From NCBI GenBank assembly GCA_963977015.1, contig CAXBMO010000012.1, positions 102,602-166,601 of the forward strand: a stretch of 64,000 nt of DNA, given 5' to 3'. Within the stretch, counting starts at the first letter, position 1; every line of letters starts with the position of its first letter. The notes under the pieces were generated by a model. It saw only the letters and a program-made list of their open reading frames with translations. It was not told where the DNA came from and searched no databases. The translations under genes and the position numbers were made by a program. This document shows positions 26,588-37,300 of this stretch, piece after piece. The DNA comes from an uncultured bacterium (lineage in GTDB: Bacteria; Verrucomicrobiota; Verrucomicrobiia; Verrucomicrobiales; DEV007).

Positions 26588-28888
26588 TTACTTCGCGGCC
26601 AGGCCGGGATCCTTGCCTGCGGCGGCTTTTTTGAAGGCGGCGATGACCTGGCCGGGAGTGATGACCTCGTCGAGGAAGAGGATCGGTCCTTCCGGTGGGA
26701 TCACCATGTAATAGGGAATGGTGGGGTGATCGAAGTGATGGAGAATCTCATCGACGACTTTGTTCGGCTTGGTGATATCGGCGAGCATCGGAACGATGTT
26801 GCGCGCTTCAATTTCGGTGCGGACTTGGCTGGAATTTACGAAGACAACTGTCTCGTTTTGTTTGCAGGTCAGTCACCAATCTGCGGTGAAGTCGATGAAG
26901 ACGGTTCGTTTCTTACTTCGATGTTGAACGATTTGGACCGGGTTGATTTCGTCCCAGAGAATCCCGTACTTCACGATCTTGTCGGCGACGGCTTTCGGTT
27001 TGGAGGCGAGGAGCGCTTCGGCTTCCTGACCCTTTTTGAAGCCGGTTTGGGTCAGGAAGATGAAGAGGCCGGCAAGGGCGATGGCGGCGATGCGACCCAT
27101 CCACTGGGTTTTGACGGATTTGTAGGGCAGGACGTAGCGCCCATAAATCCAGACGGCCATGGCGAGAATGACGAGGCCGTAGAGAAAGTAGCTGAGGGCG
27201 TCGCGACCCGCGAGCTTGGCATAGACGCTGGTGAGCCAGACGACGGTCGCGAACATGGGGAAAGACATGAACTGTTTGAACGTCTCCATCCACGCGCCCG
27301 GTTTGGGGAGCTTCTTGATGAGGGCGGGGATGTAACTGAGCAGGACGTAGGGAAAGGCGAGGCCGAGGCCGAGCGCGGTGAAGATGGCGAACGAGGCAAT
27401 GGCGGGAGCGCTGAGCGCATAGCTGAGGGCCGAAGCCATGAACGGGCCGGTGCAGGGCGTGGCGATAATGACGGCGAGGACACCGGAGAAAAAGGAGCCG
27501 GAGTAGCCTTCCTTGCTCTGCAGTCCCTGACCCGCACCCGTGAGGGAGGTGCCGAATTCGAAAACACCGGCGAGATTGAGGCCGAAGACGAAGAGAATGA
27601 CGACCATCGAGACGACGAAGAGGGGATTCTGCAATTGGAAGCCCCAGAGGATGTTGTTCCCGGCCAGTTTAATGGCGACGACAATCGCGGCGAGAATCCA
27701 GAGCGATACAAGCACGCCCAAGCCGAAGACGAGTCCGTGTTTGCGCACTTTCGCTTGGTCTTCCCCACTTTGCTGGACGAAGCCCATGATTTTGATGCCG
27801 AGGACGGGAAAGACGCAGGGCATGAGGTTGAGGATCATGCCGCCGAGGAAGGCGAAGACGAAGAGTGCGGGGAAGGGCAGGGGACCCGCCTTGGTGTCGG
27901 AGGTAGAGCCGGCTTCGACGGCGCCCCAGCTGAGCATGGTTTGGACCGCTTCCTGTTGAGCGGCGAAGTCGGGCTTGGGAGCGGCGGCTTCCGGAGTTTC
28001 GGATGGGGTTTCCGTTTCGGCGATGGAAGCGGGTTTGGGTTCGGTTTCGGCTGACGAATCGGTGGAGACGAGGAAAACCTGACCGGAGGCGGATTTGAAG
28101 AGGGCGTTGAACCCGGCCGGAACTGCATCGACACCGCTGGCGATGGGCTGCGTGAAGGTGATAGTTGAACCGGAGACGGCAACGGTTTGGGGCTGATCCG
28201 CATCAACGATCCCCGATTCGGTGGGCCAGAGGAGAAGATCTTTGGGGCTTGAAGCGGCGGAGGCGAGATCGAGCGAAGCGACGAGGTTGCCGTTTTCGAT
28301 CGCGGCGCTGAACTGGTAGGAATCGGGAACTGCGGGAAGTTTGGCGATCGCAGCCTGAATCGCGGGAGACGCAGGCGACGGCGCGGCGGGTTCCGCCTTG
28401 ATCGGCAAGTCGAGCGTTGCGGCCTGGTTCTTCGGACTGAGACAGGACTTGTCGTCGCAACTGAGCCAGCTTGCGGTGGCCGAAAGGTTGGCGGTGCCGC
28501 CGGGAGCGAGATCCGGTGAAACCTGGATTTCCGTAAGGATCCAGGCCTCGGACTCGTAGCCGTAACCGATCTGGCCGGCCGTCGTGAACTGCTTGGGCGT
28601 GGAATATCGGCTTTGCCCGGCGGTGAATCCTTCGGGGAGATCCAGATTCACCGTGGTTGGCAATCCGCTGACGCCGGGGTTGGTCCAATAAATGTGCCAG
28701 GGCTCGTCGATGGTGATGTGGACGGCGAGTTGAAAGCTGCTGCCAGGCTGGACCGAGGCGACGTCCGCTTTGAGGAATGGGGTGGCGGGCTCCATTCCTC
28801 CGAGAAACTGGGCCTGCAGATGGGCGGGCTGGAGCAGGGCGAAAGCGGCCAGGAGCGTGAAAGGAAGAAAGCGGAGGTTCATCATCAA
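26588..28888 (-). CDS. dsbD: DsbD-family thiol:disulfide interchange protein, predicted selenoprotein (in-frame UGA read as Sec)
   Basis: ORFs 26873-28888 and 26588-26788 are in the same frame, separated by a single TGA. The upstream part has a DsbD N-domain (WLSCDDKSC) and a TM core with LMPCVFPVL and ATPCTGPF. The thioredoxin domain reads FIDFTADW-[TGA]-LTCKQNETVVF...MLADITKPN...HPTIPYYMV, matching E. coli DsbD gamma ([13 protein letters not shown]...). Confidence 0.65.
26838..26856 (-). promoter_or_regulatory. Candidate bacterial SECIS hairpin
   Basis: The minus-strand RNA ACGAGACAGUUGUCUUCGU starts 17 nt after the UGA. I hand-folded it as 5 bp (A-U, C-G, G-C, A-U, G.U), a bulged C, 2 bp (A-U, C-G), and apical loop AGUU containing a G-U. 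Confidence 0.4.
26873..26875 (-). other. In-frame UGA at the first Cys position of the thioredoxin CxxC motif (candidate Sec codon)
   Basis: The minus-strand reading is gat tgg TGA ctg acc tgc aaa, which translates as D W U L T C K. Confidence 0.6.
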
Positions 28889-28998
28889 ATCAGATCGGCA
28901 AACGTGGGAAAGTGAGCTTCGACAAGAATGCTTTCCGGGTTGGTCTAACTGCTGGACGGATCCTTACGATTCGCAAGAAAAATGCTGCGGATGGGGAT

Positions 28999-29400
28999 TC
29001 AAGGCTTGGCCACGTTGGCGCTCGATTCGTCGTCGTCCGTCCCCAGTTTTCCGTCTTTGCCCGCTCCGATTACGGAAATCGTTCCATTTTCATTCGCGTT
29101 GAACTCCAGGGGGTGGCCGTAGCTGTCGACGAACTTGCCGCCGCCCCGGGTGATCACCATTTTGACCAAGGCGGGGTTGGGGATTCCCGAACCGTCTGAT
29201 GTCAGGGCCTTGGCCCAGGCTTCGTTGCTGGTTTCGACCTGTTCATCCGGGTTGTTTTTCTGGTAAATGGCGACCCACGTCTCAACCTGCTTGATGAGGG
29301 GGGCATTTCCGACACGGTGCTGCCAGATATAGCCGCCGATCCCGCAAAGCACGATCAGCACAGCAATAACAGTAGAGGCGACGATGCAACCTTTCTTCAT
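28999..29400 (-). CDS. Membrane-anchored protein with GspG (type II secretion pseudopilin)-like C-terminal domain
   Basis: TM anchor IVASTVIAVLIVLCGIGGYIW. The C-terminal DSYGHPLEFNANENGTISVIGAGKDGKLGTDDD resembles the GspG C-terminal pattern. No canonical prepilin GFTLIE motif is present. Confidence 0.4.
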   Translation of the reverse strand: MKKGCIVASTVIAVLIVLCGIGGYIWQHRVGNAPLIKQVETWVAIYQKNNPDEQVETSNEAWAKALTSDGSGIPNPALVKMVITRGGGKFVDSYGHPLEFNANENGTISVIGAGKDGKLGTDDDESSANVAKP

Positions 29401-29582
29401 GGCAAGGTCGATCAAAGGGAAGAGGTAGGGTTAGGGCAAGCCAAAAACTTGCAAACTCCGCCCGGCAATGAATGGTCCGTCATTCGAATTCGCGGGGACG
29501 GCTTCACCATGGTGAATACGATCCCCAAACAACCGCTGAATCTTCATTGTTCGCCCGCGTCAAACGCCCTAAAATCGCCCGG

Positions 29583-30326
29583 ATGTCACGCATGCTCAAA
29601 TTGCCCGGTTTCGTGCTGCTTCTTCACGTCGCGCTGCTGCTCAGCGTTGACGCGAAGCCCACCGAGTGGCCGTTGAAGGACGGAAACAGCTATTTTGGCG
29701 AGGCGGTGAGCTACAGTTTCACCACGAAGCAGGTCGGCCTGCGCAAGGCGGATGGCAAGGAGCACCTGTTTCCCGCAAAGGAACTCGCGATTTCCGGCAA
29801 GTTGCAGTTGATGGGTTCCCCGGCGTTCGGCGAGGCGCTCAAGGGATACAAGCCGCCCTTTATTCCCACGCTCGTCTGGATTTTCGGGAGTCTGCTTGCC
29901 CTGTGTTTCCCGGTCATTGTCGGGCTGTGGGGCAGTGCTCATGTCTTGGGAGCGGTCAGCACCATGCCTCGTCATCTGATTGGAGTGGGCAAACTCGTGT
30001 TGCTCGTGGTGATTCAGGTCGTGGGATGGCTGGTTCTTTCGATCGTGCTCGACTCCGAGCGTCCGATTATTCCCGACAAAAACGCGGATATCGTCCTGTT
30101 GATCACGGTGGGGATTTTGGGCCTGATTGTGACCTCGGTGGTGCTTTCCCTGCATTATCACCTGCGATTCATGAAGGGAATGGCGATTGCGCTGCTTTCC
30201 GGCGTTTTCGGCGGGATTGTGGCGACGGCGATGCTTCTCGGCGGCCTGTTTTTGGTCACGCGGATGGAGACGCCGATGGAGACATTGGCAACAAAACTTG
30301 TTTTTGAGCCGTTTGGATGGTTTTAA
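29583..30326 (+). CDS. Membrane protein with N-terminal SHD1-like domain
   Basis: Signal peptide MSRMLKLPGFVLLLHVALLLSVDA. SHD1-like WPLKDGNSYFGEAVSYSFTTKQVGLRKADGKEHLFPAKEL, followed by about 5 TM helices. Confidence 0.5.
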   Translation: MSRMLKLPGFVLLLHVALLLSVDAKPTEWPLKDGNSYFGEAVSYSFTTKQVGLRKADGKEHLFPAKELAISGKLQLMGSPAFGEALKGYKPPFIPTLVWIFGSLLALCFPVIVGLWGSAHVLGAVSTMPRHLIGVGKLVLLVVIQVVGWLVLSIVLDSERPIIPDKNADIVLLITVGILGLIVTSVVLSLHYHLRFMKGMAIALLSGVFGGIVATAMLLGGLFLVTRMETPMETLATKLVFEPFGWF

Positions 30327-30335
30327 TCAGGCGCC

Positions 30336-30656
30336 ATGGACGCGCTGCTCACCGATGTTTGGGATCTCTTCCTGTTTTTGTTTAAGAACAACGGCTCACT
30401 GCTGCTGACCTTGGTCGGACTATCGGGCCTCTACCTTTGTCGCAAACATCATGACCGGATGCCGCGGGTTTCGCGTCGTGTCAGCGTGGCCAGCTTCATC
30501 CTGCTGCTGCGGAGCGTCTTCATCCCGTTCATCATTTTCTATATTCCGGTGACGATGCAGTTCACCGGCTTTGAGCAGCTCTACAAGCTGATCTATCTCA
30601 TTCTCGAGGCGATCGCCTTCTGGCTCATCATGTCGGTCGCCTTTCGCGATCAATAA
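30336..30656 (+). CDS. Small integral membrane protein, hypothetical
   Basis: 106 aa with three hydrophobic segments. The start is 10 nt after the upstream stop. Confidence 0.4.
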   Translation: MDALLTDVWDLFLFLFKNNGSLLLTLVGLSGLYLCRKHHDRMPRVSRRVSVASFILLLRSVFIPFIIFYIPVTMQFTGFEQLYKLIYLILEAIAFWLIMSVAFRDQ

Positions 30657-30674
30657 CCGGCGCAAACATCGTTC

Positions 30675-31100
30675 TTACTCGTTCGCTCTGAGGGCTTTGA
30701 GGAACTGCTGATCTTCCCGCGACAGGTCGTTGATTTCGTAGCGATATTCGTTTCCGCCCGCCTCCAGGCGAACCTGGGTTTCCGACATTCCGCGGAGAAT
30801 CGCCGTAATCTTCTGGCCCTTCCGATTGGTGAAAACGCGCTCAATGTTGTAGGCGGAATAGCCTTCGGTCATGCCTTTGTGCCCCTCCTTTTCCGGCATG
30901 GTTCCCGGTTTCCAGAAGCCGACTTCATCGCGGTTCCTATCGGCGGCGATCGCGCGCTCCAACTCGACGTCCCGCGTTTTGTTCGCTTCGTGCGCGGCAA
31001 GTTGAGTGTCGACTCCCTCGGAGAAAAACACCGAGAACGCGTAAAAAGCTCCCAAAACGAGAAGCCCGAGGATGACAGCGCCTCCGATGATCTCTTTCAT
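30675..31100 (-). CDS. Membrane-anchored SHD1-like domain protein
   Basis: TM segment MKEIIGGAVILGLLVLGAFYAF. The C-terminal FTNRKGQKITAILRGMSETQVRLEAGGNEYRYEINDLSREDQQFLKAL is SHD1-like. Confidence 0.5.
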   Translation of the reverse strand: MKEIIGGAVILGLLVLGAFYAFSVFFSEGVDTQLAAHEANKTRDVELERAIAADRNRDEVGFWKPGTMPEKEGHKGMTEGYSAYNIERVFTNRKGQKITAILRGMSETQVRLEAGGNEYRYEINDLSREDQQFLKALRANE

Positions 31101-31352
31101 GGCGATAGTCTGCCTGTCATTGACCTGCGTTGGCAACCCTGAATCAGCTCTGCCCTATCAAGTTGCCGGGTTTCCTGATGCTCGTCGATTTCATCCAGGG
31201 TTGCGGCCAGAAGTCGCTACTTGCGGCGAAGGAAGCGGCTGATGGTCCCGTCCAAGCCTGGGAGAACACCCCAAAGTTCAACTTGGTACTTGCAAGGTTC
31301 TTCGAAAAGTAGCAATCTCCGGCGTACTTTCGTTAATCTCTCCTAAATTTCC

Positions 31353-32486
31353 ATGTCGGAAACGTCAAAATCTCTCAAACAGAAGAGTCGCGAGAAAGTG
31401 GCTCAGTGGAAAAAACTGGTCGCCGAATTCCAAAAGTCCTGTCCGAAAAAGGCTTCCTGGCAACTGGTCAATACCCTGGGTTCCTACGTCGCGCTTTGGA
31501 CGCTGATGTATTTCGCGCTCAAGGTTTCCTGGTGGCTCGCCATTCCCCTCGCGATTGTCGCAGGCGGCATCGTGATTCGCGCCTTCATCATTTTGCACGA
31601 CTGCGGGCACGGCTCCTTCTTCAAATCCAAACAGGCGAACGACTTCTGGGGCGCGGTCTGTGGGTTCATCACCTTCACTCCCTACCATCACTGGCGCTGG
31701 GAACACAGTATCCATCATGCCACTTCGGGCGATCTCGATCGCCGGGGCGTCGGCGATATCTGGACCATGACGGTGGAAGAGTACAAGGAATCCTCCAAAT
31801 TGCTTCAGTTCGGTTATCGGCTGGTCCGCAACCCCATCGTTCTCTTTGTGATCGGGCCGATCTATCTCTTTGTCCTGCGGGAACGCTTTCCTCAGTCGAG
31901 AGCGGGTATTCAGCAGCGGAATTCCGTGTATTTCACCAATATCGCCCTGCTCTGCATCGCGATTGCCTTGAGTTTGACCTTCGGGCTCTGGACGTATCTC
32001 ATTCTTCAATTCATCATCATCGCGGTTGCGAGTGCCTCCGGTGTTTGGCTCTTTTATGTTCAGCACCAGTTTGAGGATGCCTATTGGGAGAACTCCGAAA
32101 ATTGGGACTACACCGAAGCGGCGATCAAAGGCAGTTCGTTCTACAAGCTTCCCAGGGTTCTCCAGTGGTTCTCCGGAAACATCGGTTTTCACCACATTCA
32201 TCACCTCAGCCCGGGAATTCCCAATTACAATCTGGAGCGGTGTCACCATTCCGACCCAATGTTCAAGAACGTCAAGCCGCTCACGTTCTTCAAGAGTTTC
32301 AAGTCGATGACCTATCGTCTCTGGGACGAGGCTGGGAAGAAGCTCATCACCTTCCAGGAATTCCGGAATCTTCGGAAAGAGGAGATCAAGACTCAAAAGG
32401 AAGAGGCGGAAAAAGCTGCCCGCCTTCGCAAAGAGCGCGCGGAAGAGGATGTTGCGGTGGGAAGAGCCCATCGCGACCTCATGTAG
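31353..32486 (+). CDS. Membrane fatty acid desaturase
   Basis: Three His boxes (HDCGH, HWRWEHSIHH, HHIHH) with intervening TM helices. Confidence 0.85.
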   Translation: MSETSKSLKQKSREKVAQWKKLVAEFQKSCPKKASWQLVNTLGSYVALWTLMYFALKVSWWLAIPLAIVAGGIVIRAFIILHDCGHGSFFKSKQANDFWGAVCGFITFTPYHHWRWEHSIHHATSGDLDRRGVGDIWTMTVEEYKESSKLLQFGYRLVRNPIVLFVIGPIYLFVLRERFPQSRAGIQQRNSVYFTNIALLCIAIALSLTFGLWTYLILQFIIIAVASASGVWLFYVQHQFEDAYWENSENWDYTEAAIKGSSFYKLPRVLQWFSGNIGFHHIHHLSPGIPNYNLERCHHSDPMFKNVKPLTFFKSFKSMTYRLWDEAGKKLITFQEFRNLRKEEIKTQKEEAEKAARLRKERAEEDVAVGRAHRDLM

Positions 32487-32513
32487 AATTATTTCTTCTG
32501 CAGCAGCCTGCCA

Positions 32514-34232
32514 ATGCCCAAGAAGCCCGAAGAGCTCCGCAGCTATCGCTGGTTCGGTCCCGATGACCTTCGGTCCTTCGGTCACCGTTCCCGAGCCAAG
32601 CAAATGGGGTATTCCCGCGAGGATTACCAAGGCAAGCCGGTCATCGGCATTCTCAACACCTGGAGCGATCTTCAGACCTGTCACACCCATTTTCGCGACC
32701 GGGCGGAAGAGGTAAAACGCGGCGTTTGGCAATCCGGCGGGTTTCCGCTCGAGGTGCCGATCATGACGTTGAGTGAAACCTACATGAAGCCGACGTCGAT
32801 GTATTTTCGCAATCTGGTGGCGATGGAAGTGGAGGAGACGCTGCGGTGTTATCCGCTCGACGGTGCGATTTTGATGGGCGGCTGCGACAAAACCGTGCCC
32901 GCCCTGCTCATGGGAGCGTTGAGCGCGGATTTGCCGAGCATCTTTCTGCCCTGCGGCCCGATGCTGAAAGGTGGCTGGAAGGGCAACACGCTCGGAAGCG
33001 GCAGTGACGTTTGGAAATATTGGGCCGAGCGCTGTGCCGGGAATCTTTGCGAAGACGCCTGGCGCGAGCTGGAAGACGGCATCGCGCGGTCGCCGGGCCA
33101 TTGCATGACGATGGGAACCGCTTCGACCATGGGCGCGGTGGCCGAGACGCTGGGATTTTGCCTTCCGGGATCGACATCCATTCCCGCCGTTCATTCGGAA
33201 CACGCAGCGATGGCAACGCGTTGTGGTCGTCGCATCGTGGAAATGGTCTGGGAAGACCTGAAGCCGTCGCAAATTGCCACGAAGGAAGCATTTGATAACG
33301 CGATTCGCGCGGACATGGCAATTGGCGGTTCCACCAACGCCATTGTTCACCTCATCGCGATGGCCGGTCGCGCCAACGTCAAACTGACGATTGATCGGTT
33401 CGACGAGATTTCACATCAAATCCAGGTGTTGGCCAATCTCCGTCCCAATGGCGAATTTTTGATGGAGGATTTCTACGACGCGGGCGGTCTTCGCGCCCTG
33501 CTCGACCGGATTCGCAATCACCTCGATCTCGATTGCCTCACCATCACCGGAAAAACGCTCGGCGAGAATCTGGAAGGCGCCGAAGTTTACAACGAAGACG
33601 TGATTCGTCCGACGGATCGTCCCATTTCCAAGGCCGGCGCCACCTTCGTCCTGCGCGGCAACCTCGCGCCGGATGGTTGCGTCATCAAGCCCACTGCCGC
33701 TGAACCACATCTCCTCAAGCACCGCGGTCCCGCCGTCGTCTTCGCCAATTACGCCGATCTCAAGGCTCGGATTGACGAGCCCGATCTCGAAGTGACCAAG
33801 GATTCCGTCATCGTCCTACAAAGCGCCGGGCCGCTCGGCGCGGGAATGCCCGAATGGGGCATGCTCCCGATTCCGAAGAAGCTGCTCGAGCAAGGCGTTC
33901 GCGACATGGTCCGCATCTCCGACAGTCGGATGAGCGGGACGAGTTACGGCACCTGCGTTCTTCACGTTTCGCCGGAAAGCCACATCGGCGGCCCGCTCGC
34001 GTTTGTCCAGACCGGCGATTTCATCGAGCTCGACGTCGAAGCCCGCAAGATCCACCTCGACGTCAGCGACGAAGAGTTGGAGAAGCGCAAAGCCGCCTGG
34101 ACCGCCCCCGAACGCAAGTTCAACCGAGGCTACGGCAAACTCTTCGCCGAAGAGATCACCCAAGCTCACGAAGGCTGCGACTTCCGCTTCCTCCACGGGC
34201 AGACTCCGGATGCGGAGCCGGATATTTATTGA
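32514..34232 (+). CDS. IlvD/Edd-family dehydratase (dihydroxy-acid / sugar-acid dehydratase)
   Basis: N-terminal RSYRWFG...GKPVIGILNTWSDLQTCHTHF, GGCDKTVPALLMGA, CMTMGTASTM and a C-terminal SDSRMSGTSYG pattern. Confidence 0.85.
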   Translation: MPKKPEELRSYRWFGPDDLRSFGHRSRAKQMGYSREDYQGKPVIGILNTWSDLQTCHTHFRDRAEEVKRGVWQSGGFPLEVPIMTLSETYMKPTSMYFRNLVAMEVEETLRCYPLDGAILMGGCDKTVPALLMGALSADLPSIFLPCGPMLKGGWKGNTLGSGSDVWKYWAERCAGNLCEDAWRELEDGIARSPGHCMTMGTASTMGAVAETLGFCLPGSTSIPAVHSEHAAMATRCGRRIVEMVWEDLKPSQIATKEAFDNAIRADMAIGGSTNAIVHLIAMAGRANVKLTIDRFDEISHQIQVLANLRPNGEFLMEDFYDAGGLRALLDRIRNHLDLDCLTITGKTLGENLEGAEVYNEDVIRPTDRPISKAGATFVLRGNLAPDGCVIKPTAAEPHLLKHRGPAVVFANYADLKARIDEPDLEVTKDSVIVLQSAGPLGAGMPEWGMLPIPKKLLEQGVRDMVRISDSRMSGTSYGTCVLHVSPESHIGGPLAFVQTGDFIELDVEARKIHLDVSDEELEKRKAAWTAPERKFNRGYGKLFAEEITQAHEGCDFRFLHGQTPDAEPDIY

Positions 34233-34339
34233 TCAATTTGCGTCGGGATACGCGTTATCCTGAGCCATTTCAAATAGGGGCTACCGTTGGTCGTAATTTC
34301 CCAGTCCTGTAAGGACGCTCGAAGGTTTCTGGCATCCTT

Positions 34340-37300
34340 CTACTGATCAACCGTCTCCTTCTTGCCATCATCATCCACACTCGTCTCGACATTCCAAAGC
34401 CGGATAGTGTTGTCGTCTGAAGCACTCGCGAGTCGCGTCCCGTCCGGGCTCCAGGCCACGCTCATGACTGAATTGGAGTGGCCTGTGAGGGGGGCGCCGA
34501 TGGCATCCCCACTAACTGCGTCCCAGAGCCGGATCGTCTCATCGTCCGAAGCGCTGGCGAGCCGGGTTCCGTCCGGGCTCCATGCCACGCTGTTGACCGA
34601 ATCGGAGTGACCGGTGAGAGGGTCGCCGATCGCGGCCCCGCTGGCCGCGTCCCAGAGCCGGATCGTGTTATCTACTGAACCGCTCACGAACCGGGTTCCG
34701 TCCGGACTCCAAGCCACGCTCATGACCCAAAAGGAGTGGCCGGTGAAGGGCTCGCCGATGGCGGCCCCGCTAGCTGCGTCCCAAAGCCGGATCGTGTTAT
34801 CACGTGAAGCGCTCACGAGTCGGTTCCCGTTCGGGCTCCAAGCCACGCTCATGACTGAATCGGAGTGGCCGGTGAGGGGTTCGCCGATCGGGTCGCCGCT
34901 CGCTGTGTCCCAGAGCCGGATCGTGTTATCACGTGAAGCGCTGGCGAGCTGTCTCCCATCTGGGCTCCAAGCCACGCTCATGACCCAAAAGTGGCCGGTG
35001 AGGGGCTCGCCAATCGCAGTCCCGCTCGCTGCGTTCCACAGCCGGATCGTGTCATCAACTGAACCACTCACGAGCCGGGTCCCATCCGGGCTCCAGGCCA
35101 CGCTTTTGACCCAGAAGGAGTGGCCGGTGAGGGGCTCGCCAATCGCGGCCCCGCTCGCTGCGTCCCAGAGCCGGATCGTCCCATCGTCTGAGGTGCTGGC
35201 AAGGCGGGTCCCGTCCGGGCTCCAAGCCACGCTGTTGACCGAACTGACGTGGCCGCTGAGGTGCAATGAGAAGCTTCGAAAATTTATCCCTGAATTCGTA
35301 GAGAGGAATTGGGCGAAATTCCCGCGTATGACCAGTTCCGAACCGTTCGGCGAAAATTGCATGTCGTCGCCCCTCCCATAGACCTCTGATTGCACCAAGT
35401 GATCTCCCGCCGGCGTCCAGAAACTCAAACTGCCGACCGCTTGCTCATTCTTGGCTTGTTTTGCATAGACTGCAAATACCGTCGGCGAACGGCTTGTAAA
35501 GGCCAGATTAACTGCCTTCCTGGTAGGGTCTTGATTCAGTTCTTCGAGAAAAGAAGGCAGTTCCCGTTCCCGAAGCTGCCCTCCTGGTTCCTTCTCAGGG
35601 TTCGGGGTGTGGAAAAACTGAACATCTCCGCCTTCGTCCAGGCTCGCTAGGAAATCTTCCTCAGGATAATGCGGTATCGGCCGATCTCCTGCAAAAGAAC
35701 GAGCTCTCGCTCGGAAATCGTCCTCAGGATAAAAAGCGATCTTCTTCACCGGTTTGCGGTGCGCCCGGGAAATCGCAACCGGCTTCCGGATATCGGTATT
35801 CCATACCTGGATGACCCGATTCTCCAGTCCCACTGCAACGAGAGGAAGCCGAGGATGGAATGCCAGGCAGCGTACCGGTTGGCGGCTGAGGCGGAACTTT
35901 TGCAGTTGGCTTCCGGTCTCGATGTTCCAGAGGACGAAGAAACCGTTCATGGTCCCTCCCGCCAACTGGGTTGCGTTGCTATTGATGGCGACCGCGGAAA
36001 GTTCGCCGGCCGGACTTTTCAGAACTTGGCGCAGGCGCAACTGACCTTCCGGCGTTTCTAGATCGAAAACGGAAATGATCTGGTAATCGCGAACCGCCGC
36101 CAGTATCGCCTGCCTTGGAGGCCCCGCAGCAACGAAATTCCAGGTCTTGTCTGGAGCGGTCAATTCGCTGAGAAATTCGAACGATTCCAAATCCCAGAGC
36201 TTGATCCTCCCATTGTCAACGGCCACGAACTGCGAGTTGCCTTGTCCATCCGGTTTTGGAACCACGAAGGCCGTGTTCTCGGCGACATTGGCCTTCGGAA
36301 TTCTGATGAATTCCTGGTAAATAAAGAGAGTCAGCAAAAAGACGACACCTCCGAGGAATGCAAAGGAAAGCGCGTCGAGGTTGAGGCGGGCCAGCCTGCC
36401 CCGCCGTGCACCACGGCTGGCCCTTAAGACAGGACGAAAAGCGAGGAAAGTAGCGACGAGCGTTGCGATAAAGCCCCCCAAGATAACCAGGTCCGAGGAC
36501 CCGGAGAATCCCCAAACGATACTACCGATTCCGCCACTAAATAGAAGCGGAGTGACGAATGCGAGCCGATTTCCTTCGCCAAGCTTTGGTAGACTCAGCG
36601 TCGCGATCCGGGAACTCTTCCGAGCCTGCGCTTCGACATTTTTGCGGTGGTCCTCCAACCAGGATGCTCCCGCCTGCGATGAATCGAGGAATTCTACTTC
36701 TTCAACTTTTTTGGTCCGGTTGGGTTGAATCCGGGTAAGGACATCGTGGGCTTCTTGCAGAGGCGAGAACGCCTTGTAAAAGCCAAAGAGGACTCCCAAC
36801 AGAGTGAAAAACAACAATGTGAAGAATGGTGTGTCTTCGCTTGGCAGGAGGAAGTCGGAAGCCCAGGTCAAGCCAATCAGCAGTGCCAATCCCGCCCATC
36901 CTAGGGTGCTCGCTCCGAGCGGATGTTCGGTGGCGCGGGTCAGGCTGAGGGCAAAAAAAATGGCCGTGGCGCTGAGGAAGACGGCGAAAACCAGGGCCGG
37001 ATGGGCGAACGGCGAATCCCCCGCCCAAATGTCCTCTAGCAGCGGGATGGCCCGGGACTGATGCGAAAAGAAGCCGTAAAACCCGGCCAGAACAATGACG
37101 GAAAGGCCGAGCAACTCGGTGCCCCAGAGGTTTTTTCGGCTTCGGGCCGGGTCCCGAAAGCGCAGCGGCCCCAACATCATCGCCAGGCCGGTGAGCGCCA
37201 ACGCCGGAGAGAGGACATAGGTGGGATTTTCTTCCACTTCCACCCTAAACATTGCCAATCCACTGAAGAGCAATCCAGTGATGAACCACCCAGCCCGCTT

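Noticed and set aside
26726-28054. 442-aa plus-strand acidic/Gly-rich ORF
   Set aside because: It is antisense to the DsbD transmembrane core. The minus frame contains the conserved LMPCVFPVL and ATPCTGPF motifs.
31365-33350. 661-aa minus-strand ORF
   Set aside because: It is antisense to the fatty acid desaturase (three His boxes) and the IlvD-family dehydratase. It has no motifs of its own.
34391-35254. 129-bp tandem repeat array considered as a possible CRISPR or non-coding satellite
   Set aside because: There are no unique spacers. The repeats are contiguous and in frame, and they translate into canonical WD40 blades within a long ORF.
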